A stretch of DNA of 64,000 nucleotides from an uncultured Gammaproteobacteria bacterium (GTDB lineage: Bacteria > Patescibacteriota > Microgenomatia > CAZETR01 > Amesbacteraceae): assembly GCA_964633995.1 (NCBI GenBank), contig CAZWKN010000001.1, positions 134,527 to 198,526 of the forward strand. Reading direction: 5' to 3'. The notes under the pieces were generated by a model. It did no database searches. It was given only the letters and a program-made list of their open reading frames with translations, and was not told where the DNA came from. Of this stretch, positions 8,630-17,744 are shown piece by piece (position 1 is the first letter of the stretch; each line of letters starts with the position of its first letter). The position numbers were made by a program, and so were the translations under genes.

Positions 8630-9435
8630 TGAAAAAAGTGTGTTTACCCGTGTTGGTGTGTTTGGTGTTTGTCGGTGTTTGTGGTATTCAATATGCCAAT
8701 TCACAATGGATAGGTGGGGAACGGTTTACTCGAATTGGAATTAAAGGAACAGAAGTAAAAATAGAAAGTTTTGACCCCAAAACATTAGTTGGTTTTGAAG
8801 TGAAACTACCTGATACGTTGTTGATAGAGACTGTGTCTGGACGGGGAAAATGGCCGGTTGAAGTGTTGGGAAAGATGGGGAACAAGTATGGTATGTCCTG
8901 GGCCAAATCATCGGTGGCTGATTTTTTGGGCATAGCTTTTGTGCCGGAACCATTATCATTGTGGGACGAAATAAGATGGTGGTGGTGGAAGGGGAGAGTA
9001 AGGTGGAGACAGGTTGATATGGAGAAATCTGGACTAGTAAGGGAGATAAAGGCTCCTGATGGTGATGATATTTTGGTGTTGACTAACGATTGGAAATCAC
9101 GTGCAGACAACCTGTTTTTGTCCTCAGAACTATCTGACAAAGGAATAACAGTTGCTATTATAAATACCACGGGGGTTTTGGGGTTGGGATCTCATGCCGC
9201 TAGGCCAATAGAAAGTGCCGGGATTCGGGTAGTGGATGTAGCAAATGAAAGCCAGGAAATAGGAAAATGTGAAATATTATCAGATAAGCGGGTGGAGCAT
9301 GATTTGGTGGTGTTGTGGTTAAAAAAGGAGCTGGGGTGTATTTGGAAAGCTCAAGGAGGGTTTATGGGTGCTGACGTTACAATCAGGTTGGGCGATGAAT
9401 ATAAAATCTGGTGGTTGGGAAAGGACACTGATTAA
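8626..9435 (+). CDS. Hypothetical secreted/membrane-anchored protein
   Basis: 269 aa, N-terminal MMKKVCLPVLVCLVFVGVCG signal/anchor, WWWKGRVRW segment; no known motif. Confidence 0.4.
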   Translation: MMKKVCLPVLVCLVFVGVCGIQYANSQWIGGERFTRIGIKGTEVKIESFDPKTLVGFEVKLPDTLLIETVSGRGKWPVEVLGKMGNKYGMSWAKSSVADFLGIAFVPEPLSLWDEIRWWWWKGRVRWRQVDMEKSGLVREIKAPDGDDILVLTNDWKSRADNLFLSSELSDKGITVAIINTTGVLGLGSHAARPIESAGIRVVDVANESQEIGKCEILSDKRVEHDLVVLWLKKELGCIWKAQGGFMGADVTIRLGDEYKIWWLGKDTD

Positions 9436-10196
9436 TCGTTGTCGTCGGGGGGTGGTTCGGGAATATTTGAGTCCAGTTCTGGTTCTGGGCGAAATCTGCC
9501 ATCATCTTGTTCTTCGGGGGCTGATGTGTCGGGTTTTTCGTCGTGAATAAGTTCTGGAGGGGTAAATGCCGCATAAGAAAGCTTTTCAGTGATTGGGAAT
9601 GATGGGGTGTTGCGGTATTTACTTGACCTACTAAGTTCTTTGATAAATATCTTGATGCATTGTTGGTCGACTGACTTTACCCAGGCGTTGTATTTATTGC
9701 CGGCTTTCAAAAAGAGTCGCATTTTAGAAGCCAAATCGTCAGGAAGTCGGCCTATATTCTGGGAGTCTGTGGAAACTACTGCTACGATATGTTCTCTGGC
9801 TACAATAGTTAATGCGTCTCCTGGGTGTAGGCAGGAAGTTATTTTGGGATCCCCCAGGCGGGTGAGGCTAACAGTTTTGGTAATGCCAGGTTCTTCCAAA
9901 AACATTGGGGGAGGTGCTGATGGCGTGTGATTGTGGGAATGTTGGACGCGTGAGGTTTTGAGTAAATCGAGGCTTTTTATGGCTATGGAGTTAAATTTGT
10001 CGATTTTTAAAACTTTGGAATAGGTTTCGGACGATTTGGTTTTTTGACCTGTTTCTAGATATGCTCGACCAAGCCTATTTAGGGCGTCTAAATCTTTCGG
10101 GTTTTGTTTAAGAATTTGGAGATTCAGATCGATTGCTGTTTTCCAATCTCTTGTCAGGGCTGCGTCGATGGCCTTTTGGGTGGTGTCAGATGGCAT
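9432..10196 (-). CDS. TPR-repeat protein with acidic proline-rich C-terminal tail
   Basis: Start chosen at MPSDTTQKAIDAAL (10196); TPR-like WKTAIDLNLQILKQNPKDLDALNRLGRAYLETGQ; tail ends PEPPPDDND. Confidence 0.55.
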   Translation of the reverse strand: MPSDTTQKAIDAALTRDWKTAIDLNLQILKQNPKDLDALNRLGRAYLETGQKTKSSETYSKVLKIDKFNSIAIKSLDLLKTSRVQHSHNHTPSAPPPMFLEEPGITKTVSLTRLGDPKITSCLHPGDALTIVAREHIVAVVSTDSQNIGRLPDDLASKMRLFLKAGNKYNAWVKSVDQQCIKIFIKELSRSSKYRNTPSFPITEKLSYAAFTPPELIHDEKPDTSAPEEQDDGRFRPEPELDSNIPEPPPDDND

Positions 10197-10262
10197 ATTT
10201 ACTTCGTGAAAGTATAAGGGGTGTCTGGTGGAAGTCAACCCCCGGGTGGTAAAATTGGGGTC

Positions 10263-10997
10263 ATGTCGGGACATTCTAAATGGGCAACTATTCATAGGGC
10301 CAAGGAAGCAAAGGATGCGAAAAAAGGGGCAGCGTTTACAAAATTGGCTATGAATATTACGGTAGCGGTTAGGCAGGGGGGTGGAATCGGAGATCCAGAC
10401 CAGAATTTTCGATTAAGGTTGGCTGTGGATAAGGCGAGGCAGTTTAATATGCCCAAAGAGAATATTAACCGGGCGATCGAAAAAGGGGTTGGGAATGGGG
10501 GAGCAGATAGTCTGACTGAGGCTTTGTATGAAGGATTTGCCCCTGGTGGGGTTGCGGTAATGGCTGAGGCACTGACTGACAACAAGGTGCGAACTGCGCA
10601 ATTTGTGCGGTTAATAATTGAAAAAAATGGGGGAGTAATGGGAAATTCCGGATCTGTTAACTATATGTTTTCACACTTGGGGGAATTAAAAATACCCCAA
10701 AAAGACAGCAAAAATGGTGATCTGGATTCGCAGGAATTGGATATTATCGATTGTGGAGTAGATGACATTGAGGTTGGTGATGGGTTTTTTTTGGCCTATT
10801 GCAATAAGGATTTGACTTACGAGGTAAAAAAGGCGGTCGAAGCAAAGGGTTTCTTAGTTGAGTCTGCAGAGTTGATCATGAAGCCTCAAGCTTTGGTGGA
10901 GGTTTCTGATACCGAGACGGCAGCCAAGGTCGAGAAAATTCTTGAGGAGTTGGAAAATTTAGATGATGTTCAGAAAGTGTGGACCAACTATGCGTAA
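10263..10997 (+). CDS. yebC: YebC/PmpR-family (TACO1) transcriptional regulatory protein
   Basis: MSGHSKWATIHRAKEAKDAKKG... is the canonical YebC N-terminus; start moved from the ORF-track 10221 to 10263. Confidence 0.85.
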   Translation: MSGHSKWATIHRAKEAKDAKKGAAFTKLAMNITVAVRQGGGIGDPDQNFRLRLAVDKARQFNMPKENINRAIEKGVGNGGADSLTEALYEGFAPGGVAVMAEALTDNKVRTAQFVRLIIEKNGGVMGNSGSVNYMFSHLGELKIPQKDSKNGDLDSQELDIIDCGVDDIEVGDGFFLAYCNKDLTYEVKKAVEAKGFLVESAELIMKPQALVEVSDTETAAKVEKILEELENLDDVQKVWTNYA

Positions 10998-11760
10998 GAG
11001 GCAAAAGTTGGTACTGACTGCGTGTATTTTATCTTTAGGACTTTTGATAGAGCAGTCGGTGGGATTTGACTGGAAATATCCTATGGTAGCACTGGTAAGT
11101 GCTTTAACGTGGGTGTTGGCTTTGTGGGCCTTAAGAGAAGGTATAACCAAAATTGGGTGGTTGATAATTCCGTTGCCATCTGTGTTATTTACGGCTTCAG
11201 TTGGGCTTTTTTATGTGTTATTGCCTCAGTCGATGTTGGCCAGATCCGCTATTATATTGTTGTTTGGAATTGGTCAATATGCGCTGCTTTTGACAGCCAA
11301 CATCTACTCTGTAGCCGCGATCAGGACAATTGCCCTTTTTAGGGCGGCATCTGCGGTGGGTTTTGTGATGATATTGTTGTCGGGATTTTTTTTGTTTGAC
11401 ACCATTTTGTCGTTTAGAATGTATTTTTGGGGGATTGGGTTTTGGGTGTTTGTGGCCAGTTTTTTGCTGATTTTGCCAGGACTTTGGTCGGTTAATTTGG
11501 AAGATAAATTGTCTAAAAGAGTGATCGGTTATTCTGCGGTGTTATCGGCAATGATTTCAATGCTGGCGATGGCTATTGCTTTTTGGCCAATCAGCATAGC
11601 AGTGTCGAGCCTCTTTTTGTGCGCCATGATTTATGTGTATTTGGGAATTGTTCAACATCATTTTTCCCAAAGACTTTTTACAAAAACTGTTTGGGAATAC
11701 GTGACTGTGGGAGTAGTCGTATTAATTACCATGTTGCTAACAGCAGGGTGGGGAGTGTAA
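10990..11760 (+). CDS. Hypothetical polytopic membrane protein
   Basis: About 7 hydrophobic helices; start MRKRQKL at 10990 (overlaps the yebC stop). Confidence 0.45.
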   Translation: MRKRQKLVLTACILSLGLLIEQSVGFDWKYPMVALVSALTWVLALWALREGITKIGWLIIPLPSVLFTASVGLFYVLLPQSMLARSAIILLFGIGQYALLLTANIYSVAAIRTIALFRAASAVGFVMILLSGFFLFDTILSFRMYFWGIGFWVFVASFLLILPGLWSVNLEDKLSKRVIGYSAVLSAMISMLAMAIAFWPISIAVSSLFLCAMIYVYLGIVQHHFSQRLFTKTVWEYVTVGVVVLITMLLTAGWGV

Positions 11761-12104
11761 AATTTTGAAATGTTATTAGAAGCACGGGCGTCCACTGTAA
11801 AGAAACCGGTTGTTACGACTGTTAATGGGGTCAGGCCTGATGGTAAGCCTGCTTCCCATTCAATAACTACATCAAAAAAACGAGTTGAACAAGAGAAGAA
11901 GAAACCTGCGAAACAACCGACTTTGTTTCCAGGGTAGTTTTCACAAGGGGAGAGGAGTAGTTTTCACGGGTTCAACCTCAATTTTAGCTTTGAATGATAT
12001 AGTTTGATGGGGTTAGAGGAAATATTATAGGTCATAATCTTATCACCGATTGTGGATAACTGCTAAGAAGACAACTTCGGAATGCGCCGGTAGGGGTGGG
12101 GTGA

Positions 12105-12173
12105 GAGATTGAGGTGTTAAGACATTGAGTAATTAAGAGATTAAGAGATTGAGTGATTAAGTGGTTAAGTGGG
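12105..12173. repeat. GAGATTGAG/TTAAGTGG decamer-type tandem repeats in the recombinase upstream region
   Basis: gagagattgaggtgttaagacattgagtaattaagagattaagagattgagtgattaagtggttaagtgg; related gagagattgagagattgagagac sits inside hisS (905-927). Confidence 0.5.
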
Positions 12174-12310
12174 AGGGCGCTTCCCTGGCCTGAGTTGACT
12201 CTAAAAGTTACTCATGATATAACTGAGTATAATATCTCTTATGCTCTGTTTAGGAACATTGGAGAAGTGCTGTATTATTAATTAGTAGTGTTGCATTAAA
12301 GTTTTCTATC

Positions 12311-13270
12311 ATGACAAGCCGGCCTGATATCAAAGTTCCCATATTACCCTCTTTGGACGATTTTCTACTATTTCTTAAGACCCAAAATTATTCCGAAGAA
12401 ACAATTTACAATTATGAACGCGATCTTAAGCAACTCCAGAACTTTTTGGCAAGTTGTCAAAAGGAGTTTTCTGGCTTAGATAAGGCGTTAATTAATCAGT
12501 ATAAGGCCTACTTGGTCAGCAGGGATCGAGTTTTGCCGATTACGGGGCTTACAGCGGGTCGTAGGCTCGAACCACGCTCCTTAAACAGGAATTTATCGGC
12601 GATCCGTGCCTATTTAAGATTTCTGATTGATTTGGATATACCAGTGCCGATTCCACCCGATGCTTTGAAGATGGTTAAAACAGATAGAAAGCACCCGCAG
12701 GTAGCTGAACTTGCTGAATTAATAAAACTGATTGAGTCTCCTATGAAATTCGAAAAAGATGAATTAGTAGGCTTGCGTAACAGAGTTATGCTTGAAGTAT
12801 TACTGGCGTCCGGAATGCGCATTTCTGAACTGGTGTCAATTAATAAAAATCAAATTGATAGCACGGGAAGGATTTTCATTCGAGGTAAGGGTCGTAAAGA
12901 ACGATTTGTGTATTTAACTGAGCGGGCACTTTATTGGGTGAACCAATATTTAACCCGAAGACAGGATCTGGCTCCGGCTTTGTTTATTCCATATAGAGGA
13001 AATAATTCGGGAAAACAAATAAAGAGAATATCGACTAATTATCTTCAGGCAAAAATAAAGGAATACAGAGAGAAATTGCGAATAAACGTGCCTACATCTG
13101 CCCATTCATTGAGGCATGGGTTTGCGACTTATTTGGCGGAATCTGGGGCCAATCCTGCGGCTATACAGGTACTTTTGGGACACGAATCGTTAGACACTAC
13201 AACCAGGTATGTTCATGCATCGGATAAGTATGCGGAGGAAACACACCACAAATTTCACCCCGTGAAGTAG
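12311..13270 (+). CDS. Tyrosine site-specific recombinase (XerC/XerD family)
   Basis: 319 aa; N-terminal SAM-like core-binding domain; C-terminal catalytic HSLRHGFAT...LLGHESLDTTTRYVH (R-H-R-Y motif). Confidence 0.85.
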   Translation: MTSRPDIKVPILPSLDDFLLFLKTQNYSEETIYNYERDLKQLQNFLASCQKEFSGLDKALINQYKAYLVSRDRVLPITGLTAGRRLEPRSLNRNLSAIRAYLRFLIDLDIPVPIPPDALKMVKTDRKHPQVAELAELIKLIESPMKFEKDELVGLRNRVMLEVLLASGMRISELVSINKNQIDSTGRIFIRGKGRKERFVYLTERALYWVNQYLTRRQDLAPALFIPYRGNNSGKQIKRISTNYLQAKIKEYREKLRINVPTSAHSLRHGFATYLAESGANPAAIQVLLGHESLDTTTRYVHASDKYAEETHHKFHPVK

Positions 13271-13662
13271 AGATTTTTGGCATGCATGGCTGCTTCTGCT
13301 GCACAGTTGGTGGCAATAATGGCAAAGAATGCTGCCACTAGATCAAGCGTCTGGCCACTACCGGGAGGGATAATGGATCTTTCGTTTGCTATTAATGCAC
13401 CCAAAGCAAATGCAGATGTCGCTGCGCCGAGAGCAAGTGACAATCTGCGGTTTTTGGTTAGCATATAACAAAGCCCTGTCGAAACTAATCCTAAATAGGC
13501 AACTTGGGTACCTAATGTAAAATCACCAGAAAACTCCCCTATTGTTGTCCCAAAAATATTTCTTAGCCCGGGGATGTGAATTAATTGTTCAGTCCCTATT
13601 CCTGCAAAATAAATGAGTGACCAACCAACTCTATTTATTTTGTGCAGTTTGGTCGTTTCCAT
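13255..13662 (-). CDS. Hypothetical small membrane protein
   Basis: 135 aa, 3-4 TM helices; overlaps the recombinase 3-prime end by 16 nt on the opposite strand. Confidence 0.35.
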   Translation of the reverse strand: METTKLHKINRVGWSLIYFAGIGTEQLIHIPGLRNIFGTTIGEFSGDFTLGTQVAYLGLVSTGLCYMLTKNRRLSLALGAATSAFALGALIANERSIIPPGSGQTLDLVAAFFAIIATNCAAEAAMHAKNLYFTG

Positions 13663-13671
13663 GAAAATGGA

Positions 13672-14070
13672 TTATACCCGATGGGGATCGAAGTCGTTGA
13701 GGAATGGTTCTAATGGGTCTTGAGAATTAATATCGTAGTTGTAGTTGATGAACAATTCTTCCCCTAGATTGATATTTTTTAGTGCAGTAAAAATTAATAC
13801 TTTTTCTTTGTAATTAAATCCATATCTAACGTTTGGGGTGTATGAATGATTAATCAGACTTCCGTAACCTAAAGCAATACAGTGATATTTTGCGTTCCAT
13901 TCAAAATAGTAGCGCCACAAAACAGTTTTTTTTAAAAATTGAGATTGATTTATTTCGACCAAAATAATTGGGCATCTTTCTAACTCTTGTCCTTTGATGA
14001 TGTCTTGGGTTGCGATAATGCCCCTAATTTTAAGCGTAGGAGACTCCCCTACTTTGAACGGTAATAACAT
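13672..14070 (-). CDS. SET-domain protein (putative protein lysine methyltransferase)
   Basis: Start MLLPFKVGESPTLKIRGIIATQDI; GYGSLINHSYTPN (SET NHSxxPN motif) and ELFINY (post-SET ELxxxY). Confidence 0.65.
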   Translation of the reverse strand: MLLPFKVGESPTLKIRGIIATQDIIKGQELERCPIILVEINQSQFLKKTVLWRYYFEWNAKYHCIALGYGSLINHSYTPNVRYGFNYKEKVLIFTALKNINLGEELFINYNYDINSQDPLEPFLNDFDPHRV

Positions 14071-14171
14071 TTTGATAATTATATGCGTTATTTTTTTTAA
14101 GCAAAATTTTTTTGTATATTTTTTTGCGCACAAATTAATTAAATAATGGCTGATTGAAGACTAAAAAATAT

Positions 14172-14200
14172 TTGACAATAGAGTTTGCTTTTTGCAAACT
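14172..14200. promoter_or_regulatory. TTGACA followed by perfect palindrome AGTTTGC-TTTTT-GCAAACT in the divergent SET / ATP-grasp intergenic region
   Basis: Read directly; candidate -35 element plus operator for a dimeric regulator. Confidence 0.3.
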
Positions 14201-14244
14201 AACTTGATCATGTTTGAAGCAGTTAAGTCATTAATGAAAACTTC

Positions 14245-15258
14245 GTGAAAGTAGCAGTTCTTTTTAATTCACCAGGACCTTCTTCGTCCTTGCAAATTGC
14301 TGAGTCTGAAGATGATACGCGCCAGTCCGCGAGTGAAGTTTGTGATGCTTTGAAAGAATTGGGACATGCGGCGACCTTGGTGGAAGTTGGTGAAAAAGAC
14401 ATCGAAAAAATATCACTGATAAGGGCAGATTTTATTTTTAATTTAGTTGAATGGAGTGGACGCGAGACGACTTTGGGGGTAAGGGTGGTAAATATGTTAG
14501 AAAGAATGGGAATTGCTTTTTCCGGGTCGGGTTCTTTTGGATACGAAGTTTCTTGTAATAAATTTTTAATGAAAAAAGCTTTGGTGCGAAATAAAATTCC
14601 GACAGCCAAGTATCAAGTACTAAGTGCTAAGGATGAAGTGCTAAGGGATGATTTTGTTTTTCCTGTAATTGTAAAACCAGTTGCTGAACATTGTGGAATT
14701 GGGATATCTCAGGATAGTGTTTGTAAAAATATCCAAGAAACAAGGAACAAGATACAAATTTTGTTTGAAACGTTTGGACAGCCAGTGTTGGTCGAAGAAT
14801 TCATTGAAGGGAGAGAGTTGCATGTGACGGTATTGGAAAAAAATGGAAAGCCTTGGGTATTGCCGCCAGCGGAGGTGATTTTCAAGAAAAAAAAAGATTA
14901 TTTTCCGATTCTTTCATACGACGCTAAATGGAAAACAAATACATGGGAGTGGAAAATGTCTGAGATGGTTGATGCCAAATTGGACGCCTCCTTGTTAAAA
15001 ACTGTGACTAGTATCTCGACTAAAGCATTTACCAAGTTGGGTGGAGCTGATTATACGAGATTGGATTTTAGGGTTAATAAAAAAGGAGTTTATGTGTTGG
15101 AAATAAATAATAATCCCGGGATTGGATTTGACTTGGAAAGTGGTATTGGAAGATCGGCGCGGAGAGTGGGTTTTGATAAGTATTCTAAATTGATAGATCA
15201 CATTGTAAAAAACGCAGTTGTTAGATGGTCTAAAAGATATGACGCCTTTGCATTTTGA
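14245..15258 (+). CDS. ATP-grasp enzyme, D-alanine--D-alanine ligase-like (paralogue 1)
   Basis: 337 aa; N-terminal Rossmann-like VAVLFNSPG...; central FPVIVKPVAEHCGIGIS; EEFIEGRELHVTVL; C-terminal YVLEINNNPG (ATP-grasp). Confidence 0.65.
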   Translation: MKVAVLFNSPGPSSSLQIAESEDDTRQSASEVCDALKELGHAATLVEVGEKDIEKISLIRADFIFNLVEWSGRETTLGVRVVNMLERMGIAFSGSGSFGYEVSCNKFLMKKALVRNKIPTAKYQVLSAKDEVLRDDFVFPVIVKPVAEHCGIGISQDSVCKNIQETRNKIQILFETFGQPVLVEEFIEGRELHVTVLEKNGKPWVLPPAEVIFKKKKDYFPILSYDAKWKTNTWEWKMSEMVDAKLDASLLKTVTSISTKAFTKLGGADYTRLDFRVNKKGVYVLEINNNPGIGFDLESGIGRSARRVGFDKYSKLIDHIVKNAVVRWSKRYDAFAF

Positions 15259-16288
15259 TTATCCAGTGAGTGTGGCGATCTTGTATTACGGAGATGGTTC
15301 TTCTAAGGACGACGTAGATACCGTCGAGACTTTGGCCAACTTGACGGAGGCTTTGGAAAAAAGAGGGCATGTGGTTAGAAGCATGAAAGTTAATAAAAAA
15401 AATTGGCGGAAAGCTGTTCGAATACCCGGTGAAATCGTGTTTAATTTGGTTGAAGATCCTGGATGGATTTTGTACAACAAGGTTGGTGAGTTGTTGGAAA
15501 GACTGGGAAGGGCTCAAGTGGGCCAAAATATGAAGACTTTGAAATATGGATGCAAGAAGGCGTGGATGAAGAGGAGGATGAGAAGGCTGGGAATTTCGAC
15601 TCCAGAATTTCGGATATTTAACAGGAGGAGTAGGGTGACCCAGGTTCGTGGATTGGAGTATCCCTTGTTTGTAAAGCCTTCAGGCCAACATGCGGGGATA
15701 GGGATATCGCAGGATTCAGTGGTGATCGATGAAGACGAGCTTTCTGAAAGGGTGAAATACTTGTTTAAGTATTTCCCAGGAGAAGTGATAGCTGAGCAAT
15801 TCGTCGACGGTAGAGAAATTCATGTTACTGTTTTAGGTAACGGTAAGCATTTGGTGACACTTCCCTATGCCGAGTTGGTGTTTGTAGGCGAGTACGCCGA
15901 TAATTGGGAAATATATACATTTGAGGCCAAGTGGAATGATGAGTCATGGGAATATTGGAGTGTGCCGGTTATTAGTCCAATTAAAATGACTAAACAATTG
16001 GGGAATAGGATCGAGAAACTGGTCAAAAAAGCGTTTAGGGCTTTTTCGTGTAAAGACATCGCCAGGTTTGATTTGAGAGTAGATAAAAATGACAAGCCAT
16101 ATATCGTCGACATAAACATTAATCCCAGTCTGGCAAAACAGGAAACCGATGCGACCTGGAAGTCTGCCGTAGCTTTAGAGTGGTCTTATGAAGATTTGGT
16201 CGAGACAATAGTGGGGATTACTTACAAAAGATATTACGGAAAGATGCCGGAACGAATTAGGGATAGGCAACTTTTACTAACGGCATAG
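15239..16288 (+). CDS. ATP-grasp enzyme, D-alanine--D-alanine ligase-like (paralogue 2, tandem)
   Basis: Start MTPLHFDYPVSVAILYYGDG; same motif order as paralogue 1: FVKPSGQHAGIGIS, EQFVDGREIHVTVL, YIVDININPS. Confidence 0.65.
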   Translation: MTPLHFDYPVSVAILYYGDGSSKDDVDTVETLANLTEALEKRGHVVRSMKVNKKNWRKAVRIPGEIVFNLVEDPGWILYNKVGELLERLGRAQVGQNMKTLKYGCKKAWMKRRMRRLGISTPEFRIFNRRSRVTQVRGLEYPLFVKPSGQHAGIGISQDSVVIDEDELSERVKYLFKYFPGEVIAEQFVDGREIHVTVLGNGKHLVTLPYAELVFVGEYADNWEIYTFEAKWNDESWEYWSVPVISPIKMTKQLGNRIEKLVKKAFRAFSCKDIARFDLRVDKNDKPYIVDININPSLAKQETDATWKSAVALEWSYEDLVETIVGITYKRYYGKMPERIRDRQLLLTA

Positions 16289-16289
16289 G

Positions 16290-17735
16290 TTATAGTTTTT
16301 TGTATAAAGTTACACGTGTAGAGTTGTTGGTGTAAGTTTTGATCCAGTTTGAGTAGTTGGTTGGTAGAACTGCATCTGGTTCACGAAGAAGAATAAAGTC
16401 AAAATTGTTCGGATCATAAATAAAGTTTGCGTAGTAAAGATTATTGATTCCTAGAGTTAAAACGCGATCGGTTGATTTTACGTACTCCCCTATTTTGCCG
16501 TCACAATCATAATAGTCGCCAAAATTAAAATTTAAACGTGAACACAGAAATTCTGTTTGGGACTGAAAACTGAAAATAACAGGTAAATATTTACTATTAG
16601 CGGCTACGCGATAAAGTATATAAAAACAAGATAGAAGTAGGGCTAAGGTGAGTAAAATCTTGGATCTTAGAATGTAGATAACAGAGGCTGTTATGACGGA
16701 AAAAGCTGGAAGATACGGCAATATAAAACGGCCACCTCCGGCATGTGGAATAAAGTACCAACTAGTGAGTCCAAGAAAACTGTAGGTAATCAACAAATTG
16801 AGAGAGGATAGTTTTTTATAATTTATGACTATAAATGGTATGGTAAATAAATATATTAAGTTTATGGGATCCGCTGCGTAAGAAAATAACATCCATAAGT
16901 CTGAAATGTGACTAGAAAAATTTTCGGTTAAAACAGGTGAAAGAATGGGGTAAATAGGATTACCTGTTGATAAATATGCTCTGAGGAGCCAGGGGAATAC
17001 AATAACAATTACCAAGAAACAAAATCCAAGATACAAACGGATTTTAGTTCTTCGTATCATCAGCAACACTAAAAATATTGGGAGTGAAGAAATTGCGAGA
17101 AGTTTGGTACATATTGCAAAACCAAGGGAAATGGCAGATTTATAAAATTTGTTGTCGAGAAAAAAATACAAGGCCGATGCTTCAAAAAAAGTTCTAGCCA
17201 GATCGATATATGCCGATGTCGATTCCCAACCGAAAACTAGATTGGTTCCCATAATGAGTGTAGCGAGTAGTGAGTAGTAGGAATCAAGCGTTTTATTGGC
17301 TAATTTGAATGTCATTACGAGAGTAAGTAGCCCAAAAATGTAATGAATAAGTTTTCCGGGGACCAAGAAATAAAACATCTCCGTTAACAGGGGCATAGCA
17401 GAGTATTTGAAGGTGGAATCTGTTAAAAAAAATATTTTATGATGAGATAACCAAATTTTTGGAAGAGTAAGGTGGTACCACAGGGCATCAAAACCAATTT
17501 CGGGTCCAAGTGCACCAATTAGATTGGTTAAGCACAAAACTACAAGCATTAATATAAGGATTTTTTCTGGAAATGTTTCCGGTTTAATTAATTGAATTGT
17601 GCGAATGTTGGTAAGACCAATGAAAATATAAATTGCCGACACAATAAGAATGTTTAAAGGAGTGAGAATTCCCAGAAGACCGATTAATAGTATTGAATAA
17701 GAGTAGAGCCCAAGGAGAATGATTAGTGTGAACAC
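16290..17735 (-). CDS. GT-C fold membrane glycosyltransferase (ArnT/PMT family 39/83-like)
   Basis: 481 aa, more than 10 TM helices; N-terminal loop EIGFDALWYH typical of GT39/83 ArnT/PMT-like transferases. Confidence 0.55.
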   Translation of the reverse strand: MFTLIILLGLYSYSILLIGLLGILTPLNILIVSAIYIFIGLTNIRTIQLIKPETFPEKILILMLVVLCLTNLIGALGPEIGFDALWYHLTLPKIWLSHHKIFFLTDSTFKYSAMPLLTEMFYFLVPGKLIHYIFGLLTLVMTFKLANKTLDSYYSLLATLIMGTNLVFGWESTSAYIDLARTFFEASALYFFLDNKFYKSAISLGFAICTKLLAISSLPIFLVLLMIRRTKIRLYLGFCFLVIVIVFPWLLRAYLSTGNPIYPILSPVLTENFSSHISDLWMLFSYAADPINLIYLFTIPFIVINYKKLSSLNLLITYSFLGLTSWYFIPHAGGGRFILPYLPAFSVITASVIYILRSKILLTLALLLSCFYILYRVAANSKYLPVIFSFQSQTEFLCSRLNFNFGDYYDCDGKIGEYVKSTDRVLTLGINNLYYANFIYDPNNFDFILLREPDAVLPTNYSNWIKTYTNNSTRVTLYKKL

Positions 17736-17744
17736 GGAGTAATT

